Shown: positions 1 through 9,680 of the stretch, one piece after another
Layout of the letters: the number at the start of each line of letters is the position of its first letter
Numbering within the stretch: the first letter of the stretch is position 1
Assembly: GCA_943350765.1 (NCBI GenBank)
Contig: CALRAJ010000001.1
Coordinates: 96,689-160,688, forward strand
Source: Candidatus Tayloriibacteriota bacterium
GTDB taxonomy: Bacteria > Patescibacteriota > Minisyncoccia > Phycocordibacterales > PALSA-1337
Reading direction: 5' to 3'
Length of the DNA: 64,000 nt
Position numbers and translations under genes: made by a program
Notes under the pieces: model-generated
Told to the model about the DNA's origin: nothing
Seen by the model: only the letters and a program-made list of their open reading frames with translations
Databases searched by the model: none

Positions 1-1269
1 CACTAGACCTTTTTGCCCCTCAGACAGACTACCGATCTTTGTATCAATCACATCAGAAGTAATAAGGAATCCTGATGCTACTGCACGCACCCGCTCTTGA
101 TCAAAACCTCCGGCCGCGGTCATCAAAGACTTGAGTACCGTCTCCTCAAAGTTAAGTGTTGAGAAATCCTGTCTATAGTAGCCTACCTTTACACCGCTAG
201 CGATTTTAGTACCCGGAGCCGTACCCCGTGCCATCGCTTCGAGCAAAGTGCTTTTACCAATACCGTTTGGACCACGCAAAAGTAAATGCTGGTTTTTCTT
301 TAAAGAAATGTGTACTTTTTTGGCGACGGGTTTGTGGTTTTTACCGATTACGGTGTACGAAGAAATGCTGACCAGCTCGCCCAAAAGATCTTCTTGGTTT
401 GGAATAATAAACGCTCTGATAGTTCTATCCTCTTTACGCACATCCACTTTTTCATCCTCCAGCTCCTCTGCCTTTTCTCGCATTCTTTTTGCTACCAAAC
501 GCATCTGACCACCTTTTTGAGCAAAAAAGTTGGCCTTGTCTTTGTTGTCTTGAATCTCTTTGGCGAGCTGAGCATTCTTACGATTTTCTTTTTCGATACG
601 AGCAGAAATTTCCTTTACTACATCAAAATAGTTACCATGATACTGCTCTACTTTTCGAGTATGAATATCTAGATAGAGTACACCGTCAGTAAAGGCATTT
701 AAGAAGTCGGCATCGTGGGAAATAACCACAACTGTTTTTTGATAGTTGATTAAAAATTGCGTAAGGTGCTCAATACCAGATTTATCGAGATTGTTGGTCG
801 GCTCATCGAGTAGAAGTAGGTCTGGATCTTGAATGAGAGCTGAGGCTAGTAGAAGACGGGCTTGCTGACCACCAGAAAAGCTTTTGACTATCCGATCATG
901 CATCTTCCCATGACCTTTGAGATTGACCACTTCGAGTACAGCGTCAATGCGTGGATCAATATCATATTTCTTTTCGGTAAAACATTTTTCAAAAAAAGCA
1001 CGGACAGTGAGCTCTAGGTCTGACCGAGGTATCACTTGTCTAGAAAGTGCAATACTTACGCCATTGGTTAGATTTACTTTTCCTGATTCTGGCTTGAGAG
1101 CCTTGGTTATAAGTTGAAAAATGGTACTTTTACCAGCACCGTTTTGACCCATAAAGGTTATCTTTGTCCCACGGCGTATGACAAAATCAGCCCCATCTAA
1201 AATAGGTTTATTTTGCCCATACTCAAAGGACACTTTTTCAAACGAAACGATACTGTCGGTTTTTGCCAT
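1..1269 (-). CDS. ABC-F family ATP-binding protein (runs off left edge)
   Basis: Manual translation from ATG 1269 (MAKTDSIVSFEKV). Two ATPase cassettes: GQNGAGKS, FSGGQQARLLLA, LLLLDEPTNNLD, ISHD, then GPNGIGKS and LSEGQKGLV at the window edge. No TM segments. Missing from the ORF track because it has no stop in the window. Confidence 0.9.
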   Translation of the reverse strand, partial: MAKTDSIVSFEKVSFEYGQNKPILDGADFVIRRGTKITFMGQNGAGKSTIFQLITKALKPESGKVNLTNGVSIALSRQVIPRSDLELTVRAFFEKCFTEKKYDIDPRIDAVLEVVNLKGHGKMHDRIVKSFSGGQQARLLLASALIQDPDLLLLDEPTNNLDKSGIEHLTQFLINYQKTVVVISHDADFLNAFTDGVLYLDIHTRKVEQYHGNYFDVVKEISARIEKENRKNAQLAKEIQDNKDKANFFAQKGGQMRLVAKRMREKAEELEDEKVDVRKEDRTIRAFIIPNQEDLLGELVSISSYTVIGKNHKPVAKKVHISLKKNQHLLLRGPNGIGKSTLLEAMARGTAPGTKIASGVKVGYYRQDFSTLNFEETVLKSLMTAAGGFDQERVRAVASGFLITSDVIDTKIGSLSEGQKGLV

Positions 1270-1339
1270 GAGGAGATACTTTAACACGATAATTTAATAG
1301 AATCAAGCACTATGTACAAGAATTGAGATCTTGGTTGCA

Positions 1340-1379
1340 AACTAAAACAGCACGACCTTTCGGTCGTGCTGTTTTAGTT
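1340..1379 (-). terminator. Rho-independent terminator after cold-shock gene
   Basis: 18-bp stem aactaaaacagcacgacc/ggtcgtgctgttttagtt just 3' of the csp stop. Confidence 0.8.
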
Positions 1380-1390
1380 ATAACCAAAGC

Positions 1391-1591
1391 TTACGCTCGA
1401 GCTACATTTACCGCTGATGGACCTTTTGGACCATCACCGATTTCAAAAGTAACTTTGTCACCCTCTTTTAGAGTGTCAAAAGCTACTCCATTCAAATCTT
1501 TTGAGTGGAAGAAAAGATCCTTTACTTCGCCTTCGCGAGCAATAAATCCAAATCCTCGATCAGTAAGAGTTTTGATTGTTCCTGTCATCAT
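1391..1591 (-). CDS. cspA: Cold-shock protein
   Basis: RNP1/RNP2 motifs RGFGFI and DLFFH, GPKGPSAVNV, 66 aa. TTGACA-17-TATACT promoter upstream (~1661-1689). Confidence 0.93.
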   Translation of the reverse strand: MMTGTIKTLTDRGFGFIAREGEVKDLFFHSKDLNGVAFDTLKEGDKVTFEIGDGPKGPSAVNVARA

Positions 1592-1783
1592 GTGAGTATT
1601 TTGTTAGTATAAACTAAGAAACTCGACTGCGTTTCTGTGCCTCTAGGCACCTTACCCATTAGTATATACTATCTCGATTATTTTGTCAAGCTTTTTTATC
1701 AACACTCTTAGCATATTTGTCATAAAAAGCTTACAAGGCAACAAATACCGTACTGTCTCACGATTATAAAATGTCTAGTGGTT

Positions 1784-1822
1784 AAACAAAAAACGCAGGG
1801 GATTTGCCTGCGTTTTTTGTTT
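1784..1822 (-). terminator. Terminator after SWIB gene
   Basis: aaaaaacgcagg...cctgcgtttttt hairpin with A/T tracts on both sides. Confidence 0.75.
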
Positions 1823-1840
1823 TTAAATCCTTAATTTTAT

Positions 1841-2098
1841 TTAAGAAAGATGCTTTGAAACGAGCTTTGTCATTTCAAACATATTCACAACATCTTTACC
1901 GCCAAAGACTTTCTTTAGGGGAGCATCGGCGACAATGTTTCGCTTATTTTTCGGATCTTGAAGGTTCTTGCCTTTGATATAGACCCAGAGAGCTTTTACT
2001 ACTTCTGACCGAGGCATTGGTCCTTTACCCACAACGACAGCTAAGTCTGCACTCACTGTTAACGGCTTCATAAATGCTGAATTTGTTTTTGGTGCCAT
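1841..2098 (-). CDS. SWIB/MDM2 domain protein
   Basis: LAVVVG..PMPRSEVVKALWVYIK..NLQDPKNKRNIVADAPLKKVFG..MFEMTKLVSKHL, the typical bacterial SWIB pattern. Confidence 0.93.
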   Translation of the reverse strand: MAPKTNSAFMKPLTVSADLAVVVGKGPMPRSEVVKALWVYIKGKNLQDPKNKRNIVADAPLKKVFGGKDVVNMFEMTKLVSKHLS

Positions 2099-2244
2099 AT
2101 ATTTTGTTTATTTAATAACTACCTGATTGTATCATACAAGCAAGATATTGGGAAGCGACCTTATAAACACCTCTCCACTAAGGATACTTTTTGACAGTTC
2201 TGTATTTATCTATATTCTACATATTTTAGCTGACTGAAATAGGC

Positions 2245-2613
2245 CTATTTTATATTAATTGAGGCATTTTCTAGTATTCTAAGTACTTCGTCTAATTTTG
2301 GGTCAGGAACAAGTCCTTTACTTTTTCTAAATTCAATCTGAAAGCTAACAGATGCTATTTTACCACTTAACCACTTTTGGAACTCCTCGATGCTTTTGCT
2401 GTTATGTCTTTTACTTTTAATATAATTTTCATCAATCACAATCGATGGTGCATTTATAATCAAGGTATACACTACCCCTGTAACAATAGCCATCAACAGA
2501 AAACTTACCTTTGATTCAATATGTGTATTGATAAGGTAGATGAGAACTATACCTGCTACAAAATATATAAATTGTCTGAAAGTAAGTGGTCCAAAAATCT
2601 TATCCTCGTCCAT
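2245..2613 (-). CDS. PrgI-like small membrane protein
   Basis: N-terminal EDKIFGPLTFRQFIY followed by two TM helices, as in PrgI family. Confidence 0.55.
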   Translation of the reverse strand: MDEDKIFGPLTFRQFIYFVAGIVLIYLINTHIESKVSFLLMAIVTGVVYTLIINAPSIVIDENYIKSKRHNSKSIEEFQKWLSGKIASVSFQIEFRKSKGLVPDPKLDEVLRILENASINIK

Positions 2614-2614
2614 T

Positions 2615-3355
2615 TTATTTCTTTATAAAACCTTCGAGTGCCTTTAGCGCTTCAACAGGTACCATGTAGACTACTGTATTACTCTGGTCAGACGACATGT
2701 CGTTTATTGACTGGAGTGTTCGAAGGTGGAGAGCGCCTGGGGTTTTTGCAAGCATCTCAGCAGCCTTGGCGATATTTTCTGATGCAGCGAGCTCACCCTC
2801 TGAGTTTATTATCACTGCTCGTTTTTCACGCTCAGCTTCTGCCTGCTTACCGATAGTTCTTTCCATTTCCGCTGGTAGACTAACATCTTTGAGTTCAACA
2901 TTTTGTACTTTCAGACCCCACGCATCAGTTTCTTTGTCGACAATCTCTCGTATTCTGTCCGCAATCTTATCTCGGCTTGAAAGAAGCTCGTCTAGGGTTA
3001 CTTCACCGACAATATTTCTCATGGTTGTCTGGGCGTATTGAGATATGGCATATTTAAAATCCTCTACTTCGACAATAGCTTTGTTGGCATCGCTCACCTT
3101 GTAATATATAACTGCGTTTACACGAACAGTAACATTGTCTCTGGTAATCGCATTTTGATCTGGCACATCTACAGCCTTTGTTCTTACATCCACTTTCTGA
3201 TAGCTTTGAATAACTGGCCAGACGATTCTCCAGCCAGGCTCCATGATAGAAGTAAACTTACCAAAGGTAAATTTTACCCCTCGCTCATATTGATTTATCT
3301 GACGAATACTGGTGATAATCAAAAAAGCAATTATTCCTAAAATTGTATAGAACAT
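2615..3355 (-). CDS. SPFH/band 7 (slipin/stomatin) protein
   Basis: YERGVKFTFG, ITRDNVTVRVNAVIYY, AEAEREKRA, ALHLRTLQ. Confidence 0.93.
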   Translation of the reverse strand: MFYTILGIIAFLIITSIRQINQYERGVKFTFGKFTSIMEPGWRIVWPVIQSYQKVDVRTKAVDVPDQNAITRDNVTVRVNAVIYYKVSDANKAIVEVEDFKYAISQYAQTTMRNIVGEVTLDELLSSRDKIADRIREIVDKETDAWGLKVQNVELKDVSLPAEMERTIGKQAEAEREKRAVIINSEGELAASENIAKAAEMLAKTPGALHLRTLQSINDMSSDQSNTVVYMVPVEALKALEGFIKK

Positions 3356-3491
3356 ATAAAATTAGATATTATTTCGGTCATTGATTGATAATTTTTTAAT
3401 AATAGCACTATTACCCCAAAAGCGTAAACTAATGGGTTTAACCTTTTAAATATGGACATGTTTTTCGATTTTTCCATGATATACTATCCCT

Positions 3492-3863
3492 ATGACTAAC
3501 ATGAAAGACATCTTAAAAATTAGCTCGATTCCGGTCTTGCTTGCCTCGCTGTGCTGTCTATCGCCGATTATTTTGGTGCTTCTGGGGGTTACTACGGTCA
3601 GTTTCGCTTCGTCTTTTAGTGACATTTTGTACGGAGAGTATAAATGGTATTTTCGGCTGGTTGGTCTGCTCGGCTTAGCATTGTCCCTTGTATTTTATTT
3701 CCGTCAAACAAAAGGGATCTGCACTGTAGATGAAGTAAAAAAGCGACGCAATGAAATAATCAACACCATCGCACTTTCGGTGATTGCTGGAGTAGTCGGA
3801 TACATTTTCTTTTTGTATGTGGTGGTGCATTATTGGGGTGTGTTTTTAGATTTGTGGAAGTAG
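3492..3863 (+). CDS. Small 3-TM protein, MerT/MerF-like CC motif
   Basis: ASLCCLSPIILVLLG in first TM, three hydrophobic segments, directly upstream of msrAB. Confidence 0.55.
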   Translation: MTNMKDILKISSIPVLLASLCCLSPIILVLLGVTTVSFASSFSDILYGEYKWYFRLVGLLGLALSLVFYFRQTKGICTVDEVKKRRNEIINTIALSVIAGVVGYIFFLYVVVHYWGVFLDLWK

Positions 3864-3896
3864 ATTGGGTATAAGTAAAAATTAGGCCTAAAAATT

Positions 3897-5054
3897 ATGA
3901 ATAATTTCACAAAAATCAGTATGGTTTTATTCCTTATAATCGGAGGATTTTTTGTATGGTTTTCATCGTGGTATCAAAAGTCGAAGCCACATCTCATTCC
4001 ACCGATTGCAATAGATAACTCAGTAGCAACGAGTACTGCAATTCTCGCTGGAGGATGTTTTTGGTGTGTTGAGTCTGATTTTGAAAAGCTTGATGGGGTA
4101 CTTGATGTAGTGTCTGGGTATTCGGGTGGTACTACTGCCAATCCAGATTATAAAAACTACGCACAAGATGGTCATCGTGAAGTAGTAAAAATTACTTATG
4201 ATACTGACAAACTCACATTTGCAAATTTAGTAGAATATCTCATAAAGCATAGCGACGCTACAGACTCAGGAGGATCTTTTTATGACCGAGGTCAGCAATA
4301 CGCTTCGGCAGTATATTATGCAAATGATACTGAAAAGAAAAGTGCTGAAAAAGTAATTGCTGACATCAATGCGCTAAAAGTGTATGAAAAGCCACTGGCA
4401 CTCAAAGTACTTTCTCGAGCCACTTTTTATCCCGCAGAGGACTTTCATCAGGATTATTACAAAAAGAACACACTTCGTTATCAGTACTACCGCAACGCCT
4501 CGGGCCGAGATGCATTTGTACAAAAGTATTGGGGGGACAAGACAGGAATTTTTTCAGTGTCTACTATTATTTCATCAATAAACATGACAAATATACATAA
4601 ATCAAAATGGGGATCATTCATAAAGCCGAGTGATGCCGAGCTTCGAGCAAAGCTGTTGCCACTGCAATACAGGGTTACTCAGGAGGAGGGGACTGAACGA
4701 GCTTTTAATAATGAGTATGATGCCAATAAAGCTGTGGGTATTTATGTAGATATTGTTTCGGGCGAGCCGTTGTACTCGTCGAAAGACAAGTATGATTCTG
4801 GTACTGGCTGGCCTTCTTTTGTAAAGCCGATTACTGCTGACGCAGTAGCACTTTATGTGGATAATGGACTTTTTACGACTCGTACTGAAGTTCGTTCTCG
4901 ATACGCGGACTCACATCTAGGACATGTATTTGACGATGGTCCAAACGACCGAGGTGGCAAGAGATATTGTATGAACTCTTCGGCAATGCGTTTTGTTCCG
5001 AAAGAAAAGATGATGGAAGAGGGGTATGGGGAGTATGTGAAGTTTTTGGAGTAA
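3897..5054 (+). CDS. msrAB: Peptide methionine sulfoxide reductase MsrA/MsrB fusion with N-terminal anchor
   Basis: MsrA GGCFWC and [12 protein letters not shown]; Msr[21 protein letters not shown]. Confidence 0.95.
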   Translation: MNNFTKISMVLFLIIGGFFVWFSSWYQKSKPHLIPPIAIDNSVATSTAILAGGCFWCVESDFEKLDGVLDVVSGYSGGTTANPDYKNYAQDGHREVVKITYDTDKLTFANLVEYLIKHSDATDSGGSFYDRGQQYASAVYYANDTEKKSAEKVIADINALKVYEKPLALKVLSRATFYPAEDFHQDYYKKNTLRYQYYRNASGRDAFVQKYWGDKTGIFSVSTIISSINMTNIHKSKWGSFIKPSDAELRAKLLPLQYRVTQEEGTERAFNNEYDANKAVGIYVDIVSGEPLYSSKDKYDSGTGWPSFVKPITADAVALYVDNGLFTTRTEVRSRYADSHLGHVFDDGPNDRGGKRYCMNSSAMRFVPKEKMMEEGYGEYVKFLE

Positions 5055-5062
5055 TGGTTCCC

Positions 5063-5166
5063 ATTCTCCCTTGGTAAAGGGAGTGGTCCGAAGGCCGAGG
5101 GATTTGAAACTCAAAAATCCCTCCACGCCAGAGTACTGGCGGTGCTCCCTTTACGAAAGGGAGAAT
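5063..5166. repeat. REPIN/MITE-like element with palindromic terminal inverted repeats
   Basis: attctcccttggtaaagggag (5063-5083) is a near-perfect inverted copy of ctccctttacgaaagggagaat (5145-5166). Internal stems gagggattt/aaatccctc and cgccag-AGTA-ctggcg. Confidence 0.65.
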
Positions 5167-5205
5167 AATAGCAGGTATAATTTTAGGGTGGTATACTATA
5201 AGCAT

Positions 5206-5574
5206 ATGAAAATAAATGAAATCGCATTTGTGTGTTATCCAGTAAATGATATCAAACGGGCTCGGGCTTTTTATGAAGGAGTGCTTGAGCTAAAGCCAGG
5301 AAATGTTTGGGAAGGTGAAGGTATGGCTTTTGTTGAATACGAGCTTGGTTCGCATACTTTGGCCATAGGGTATGGTGCTCCAGAATGGAAGTCTGGTAGG
5401 ACGGGTGCTACGGCGGCACTTGAAGTCGAGGATTTTGATGAGGCAGTGAAGAAACTTAAAGACAGCAAGGTTGAGTTCATCTATGAGCCTCACGAAACTT
5501 CTGTTTGTCACATGGCTCTTTTTGCTGATACTGAGGGAAATCAAATTATGATTCATAAAAGAAAGACGAAATAA
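5206..5574 (+). CDS. VOC/glyoxalase family protein
   Basis: V.DIKRARAFYEGVLEL...AALEVEDFD...FADTEGNQIMIH. Start moved to ATG 5206 because the ORF-track extension runs through the repeat. Confidence 0.88.
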   Translation: MKINEIAFVCYPVNDIKRARAFYEGVLELKPGNVWEGEGMAFVEYELGSHTLAIGYGAPEWKSGRTGATAALEVEDFDEAVKKLKDSKVEFIYEPHETSVCHMALFADTEGNQIMIHKRKTK

Positions 5575-5584
5575 TTTTTCCTTT

Positions 5585-6361
5585 ATGGATATAGAAAAAC
5601 ATAAAAAACAATTTGGTAATCAGGCTGAGAATTATACAAAGTATAGGAAACCGTATATAGAAAAACTATATGACCTTTTGTTTTCTCTTGTGCCAACAGA
5701 AGATAGTAAAAAGATCCTCGATGTTGCTTGTGGGACGGGTAAATCGACTGAATCTTTGGTGAGAGAGAATGTAGAGGTTTTTGGTTGTGATCATGATCCG
5801 CTCATGATTTTAGAGGCCGAGAAACAGGCACATCTGAAAGGTCTTCCAATAAGCTATTCTGTAGGGGAAGCAGAAAACTTACCGTTTAAAGGCGGGCAAT
5901 TTGATGTGGTCACGGTGGGGACAGCCTTTCATTTTTTTGTAAATGACAAATCAGTTTTAGAAATAAAACGCGTTCTCAATGACCGTGGGTTATTTTTTGT
6001 TTTTTGGACGCTAACCACAAAAGATATTCTAGAAGAGGATTCTGTGCCAGCGAGCTTTTTTCAATCATTTAAGTGGGATAGGGTTCCTTCTCAATTGCGG
6101 GATTTAGATACTATTTCCGACTTTTTAAAAGATCAGGGTTTACAGCGAGTTGAGACAGCCAGAATTTCATTTACTCACAATGATACTGTGGAGGAACAGG
6201 TGGGCTTGATGAAAACCGCTTCAAGCTATGGGCTTCTTTCTGAGGGTGAGAAAGAAAGGTTTGTCAGTGAGCTTACAAAGCTTCTCACAATCAAACTCGG
6301 CACCAGACCTTACTTTACATTTGAAGAAGAAATTCAAGTGTGTTACGGATTTAAAAATTAA
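5585..6361 (+). CDS. Class I SAM-dependent methyltransferase
   Basis: ILDVACGTGKST, AENLPF...FDVVTVGTAFHFF. Confidence 0.9.
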   Translation: MDIEKHKKQFGNQAENYTKYRKPYIEKLYDLLFSLVPTEDSKKILDVACGTGKSTESLVRENVEVFGCDHDPLMILEAEKQAHLKGLPISYSVGEAENLPFKGGQFDVVTVGTAFHFFVNDKSVLEIKRVLNDRGLFFVFWTLTTKDILEEDSVPASFFQSFKWDRVPSQLRDLDTISDFLKDQGLQRVETARISFTHNDTVEEQVGLMKTASSYGLLSEGEKERFVSELTKLLTIKLGTRPYFTFEEEIQVCYGFKN

Positions 6362-6390
6362 TTGAGTAAGTCTCGTGTTACAATAACTCC

Positions 6391-8103
6391 ATGACCCAAA
6401 AGGAAGCACTCTCGTTTTTAAAAATTGGAGCAAATGTTTTTCTGACAGGGGAGCCTGGGTCGGGTAAAACTCATACTATCAACGAGTATGTAAAATATCT
6501 CCGTTCCCACGGTATCGAGCCCGCCATTACCGCTTCGACCGGTATCGCTTCGACACACATCGGGGGCATGACAATACATGCCTGGAGCGGTATCGGTATC
6601 AAAAAGTTTTTATCTGAAAATGATCTCGACGAGCTGTGTCAGAGGGAGCGACTCGTCTCTAGAGTGTCAAAAACCAAAGTACTTATAATTGACGAGATTT
6701 CGATGCTAGACGCCCAGACACTCACGGCAGTAGATATGGCGTGTAAGGCACTAAGGCGTCGTGAAGAGCCTTTTGGGGGCATGCAGGTGGTCTTTGTGGG
6801 TGATTTCTTTCAGCTCCCACCGGTAAACAGGGCTGGGCAGGATGTATCACTTTTTGCCTATCTAGCTCCTATTTGGCAGGAAACAATGCCGATAGTGTGC
6901 TATCTTTCCGAACAGCATCGTACTGAGGACGCCAGTTTTCTCAAATTTCTTTCAGCAATACGCAGTGGGGAAATTACTGAAGATGTTCACGCGACTTTGC
7001 AAGCACGCATTACTACTAAAACTGAACATGGCAATGCTACTCGACTCTACGCTCATAATGTAAATGTAGATCGGGTAAACATCGAAAAATTAAACGCCCT
7101 CACACATACAGGTAGGACTTTTTCAATGTCTGCTCGAGGCGGAGAATATTCTATCGAGTCATTGAAAAAAAGTTGCTTGTCTCCCGAATCGCTTTCTCTC
7201 AAAGTCGGTGCGCAGGTCATGTTTACTAAAAATGTTTTTGAGTCGGGGTATGTGAACGGGACCCTCGGCGAGGTGGAAAGCTTTACTGCGAGTGGTGATC
7301 CAGTCGTGCGGACGAAAAAGGGGAAGCGTATACAGGTTGCACCACAAGATTGGACGATGAGTGACGGCTCACGGATCCTCGCGACCATCTCTCAAATACC
7401 GCTTCGTCTCGCTTGGGCTATCACCGTACACAAAAGCCAGGGCATGACACTCGATGAGGCGACGATTGACCTACGAGAGGCTTTTGAATATGGTCAGGGG
7501 TATGTCGCGCTTTCTCGTGTGCGGTCTTTTTCTGGACTTTCGCTTTTGGGCTACAATGCTCGCGCACTTGAGGTGCATCCAGAGGTGGCATCTGTCGATA
7601 GTCAGTTTAAAGAAGCGTCATTGAAGGCGGAAAATTCGCTCGACAAGATCGTTGAAGCTGAGCAGATCAAACTCGAGCATAATTTTATCCACGCCTGTGG
7701 TGGCAGTGTTGACCCAAGTAAGGTTAAAAAGAAAAAAAGTAAATCTGCGGGGGGATTTGGTGTTGCAAAAGTCAGTACCTATGATCAAACCCTCTCACTT
7801 TGCAAAGATGGTAAGAATGTTGATGAAATTACAAAATTACGTAATGTTACAAAAGGCACTATTATTGGTCATCTCGAAACTCTTTTTATGCGGGGGGATT
7901 TAGGTATTGATGTGATCAAGAAAATCATACCAAAAGAGTTAGTCCCTCAGATTCCAAAAATCAGCGAAGCATTTATCGAATTAAAAACAGAAATTTTGAC
8001 CCCCGTATTCGAAAAGCTTGGTAGCAAAGTACCTTTTGAAGACCTCCGTCTCGTGCGATTATATATGATGGCGGAGAGGGTAAAGATAGGGAAAAAAGAG
8101 TAA
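6391..8103 (+). CDS. PIF1-like SF1B DNA helicase with C-terminal HTH
   Basis: GEPGSGKT, IIDEISM, VGDFFQLPPV, QIPLRLAWAITVHKSQGMTLD, YVALSR. Confidence 0.92.
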   Translation: MTQKEALSFLKIGANVFLTGEPGSGKTHTINEYVKYLRSHGIEPAITASTGIASTHIGGMTIHAWSGIGIKKFLSENDLDELCQRERLVSRVSKTKVLIIDEISMLDAQTLTAVDMACKALRRREEPFGGMQVVFVGDFFQLPPVNRAGQDVSLFAYLAPIWQETMPIVCYLSEQHRTEDASFLKFLSAIRSGEITEDVHATLQARITTKTEHGNATRLYAHNVNVDRVNIEKLNALTHTGRTFSMSARGGEYSIESLKKSCLSPESLSLKVGAQVMFTKNVFESGYVNGTLGEVESFTASGDPVVRTKKGKRIQVAPQDWTMSDGSRILATISQIPLRLAWAITVHKSQGMTLDEATIDLREAFEYGQGYVALSRVRSFSGLSLLGYNARALEVHPEVASVDSQFKEASLKAENSLDKIVEAEQIKLEHNFIHACGGSVDPSKVKKKKSKSAGGFGVAKVSTYDQTLSLCKDGKNVDEITKLRNVTKGTIIGHLETLFMRGDLGIDVIKKIIPKELVPQIPKISEAFIELKTEILTPVFEKLGSKVPFEDLRLVRLYMMAERVKIGKKE

Positions 8104-8136
8104 AAAATACAAACATAGTTTTTAGACTTGTACAGA

Positions 8137-8184
8137 TTGACTTTTATCGTATACTATTTTAGTATACAAACAAAGTTCTTAAAC
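8137..8184 (+). promoter_or_regulatory. Sigma70 promoter plus boxA-like motif
   Basis: TTGACT(8137)-17-TAGTAT(8160); GTTCTTAAAC at 8175. Confidence 0.6.
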
Positions 8185-8207
8185 AACAAACAAGGAAAGG
8201 GGACTGT

Positions 8208-9305
8208 ATGTCAGAAAATATTCTGGATATTAGCGGATTGGTGGAACGGATCATGGCAGTAGCCGGAGTGGGTGAGACAGTAGTGTTATGTGCCGAACGC
8301 CTACTACTAAAAGGCCTCGAGGATTCAGAGCTTGAGTACGCAGTAACAATTAACAGCTTACTCAGTTTTACTCCAGAAGAGATTGCTTTTATGCAGGAAA
8401 ATACCTCAAAGTTATCGATCGCTCAGATGACTAAAAGCCTAAAAAAGCCATTCAAGCTTGTCAAGAAAGCTATGAGAAGCCTTTGTGTTGAATACATAAA
8501 AACACACTGGGAAAGTCAGACTGATGTGGTGTTGGCTGAGAGCTTGAAAATCAAACCTCAGGTAGTGCGCTGGATCAGGAATACTCATGGCTTATACAGA
8601 AAACGCGGTCCTAAGTATGGTCCTCCGCCTGATACCAAAGTTGTGGAGTACATTGCACTCCACTGGCTAACGCAAACTGATTCTGAAATGGCTGAGGTTT
8701 TAGGATGCAAGTCTTCGGAAGTAGGTTGTGTCAGAAGGTCAAATGGTCTTCATAGAAAAAGAGGTATGGAGCCGTTTGTTCACCGAAAACTCAACCTTAA
8801 TAAAGCTGAGCTTGAGGATTTGCTAAAAAATCAGGGTTGTATTCTCGAAGATGTTGGCAAGATTTTCAAGATTACTAGGGAAAGAGTGCGTCAGATTGCC
8901 AAGGAAATGGGAATCAAAACAAGCTCGAAGAGCAGATCAGTCCTGTGGTATGCTCATCGCTACAAGCTACCAGAGTTTGCCGACAAGACTGTTTTCGAAC
9001 AGGCTTTATATAATGCTGGTAGCAATGATCGATTAGCAAAGTCTCGCATGACTAGCATTGGCAAAATCAATCGGTTGCTGAAATGTCACGGTATTCGTTC
9101 AGAAAAAGCTGAATATGCTGTACTGATGTGTAGCAATCCTAAATGTGGAAAGAGTTTTTCTCGCCTTAAAAGTGTGGCTGAAAGAACTCAAACCAAAGAT
9201 CCGACTTGTAGTCATAAATGTCGTAATGCTATGCATTCTGGCTTGGTCGCAGCACTGGCAAAAAGGGGGATAGAGTACTCGCCACCTGTCATGGCTATGC
9301 ACTAG
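8208..9305 (+). CDS. Hypothetical multi-HTH protein with sigma region-4-like motif and Cys-rich C-terminus
   Basis: Duplicated HW..QTD..(L/M)AE.L.....V...R...GL.RKRG unit; LEDVGKIFKITRERVRQI; CSNPKC...CSHKC. Confidence 0.7.
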   Translation: MSENILDISGLVERIMAVAGVGETVVLCAERLLLKGLEDSELEYAVTINSLLSFTPEEIAFMQENTSKLSIAQMTKSLKKPFKLVKKAMRSLCVEYIKTHWESQTDVVLAESLKIKPQVVRWIRNTHGLYRKRGPKYGPPPDTKVVEYIALHWLTQTDSEMAEVLGCKSSEVGCVRRSNGLHRKRGMEPFVHRKLNLNKAELEDLLKNQGCILEDVGKIFKITRERVRQIAKEMGIKTSSKSRSVLWYAHRYKLPEFADKTVFEQALYNAGSNDRLAKSRMTSIGKINRLLKCHGIRSEKAEYAVLMCSNPKCGKSFSRLKSVAERTQTKDPTCSHKCRNAMHSGLVAALAKRGIEYSPPVMAMH

Positions 9306-9323
9306 CAGACCTTATCTACACAG

Positions 9324-9351
9324 CTCGTGAGCAATCACGAGTTTTTTATTT
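9324..9351 (+). terminator. Terminator
   Basis: ctcgtga-gcaa-tcacgag followed by ttttttattt. Confidence 0.8.
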
Positions 9352-9354
9352 AAT

Positions 9355-9383
9355 TTGACAAAATAACCCATAGGGTGTATAAT
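9355..9383 (+). promoter_or_regulatory. Consensus sigma70 promoter for DEAD-box helicase
   Basis: TTGACA-17-TATAAT. Confidence 0.8.
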
Positions 9384-9521
9384 AGTCTATGTAACTGAAT
9401 CTCATCGTTTTTTGTGTTTGGGGATAACTCTCTAAACCCCTGAAGTCATAAGGCTTTTAAGAACTTTTGAGACAACCTAGTCACTTTTTTATTATAAAGA
9501 CTGGAGGGTTATATTGATCTC

Positions 9522-9652
9522 GAAACAAAAATTCTTACTTGGCACATCTTTTAAAAGGCACGAATATTTTTCTGGTGAAAAATTTCTCAAGTCTCGGCTA
9601 CCCGCCTTGCGAAGTCCTTTTAAAAGATACGCCTACGACGAATTTTTGTTTC
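9522..9652 (-). repeat. Structured dispersed repeat, copy A
   Basis: 13-bp outer stem, inner ggcgtatcttttaaaagg/ccttttaaaagatgtgcc stem, core ttcgcaaggcgggtagccgaga, all shared with four other copies. Confidence 0.9.
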
Positions 9653-9680
9653 TTCGAAAGAGGGATTTTTTAAAAGAATT

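Noticed and set aside
1841-2613. SWIB and PrgI-like genes as signs of eukaryotic transfer or a conjugative element
   Set aside because: Stand-alone SWIB proteins are already known in bacteria, and no VirB4, relaxase or integrase accompanies the PrgI-like gene
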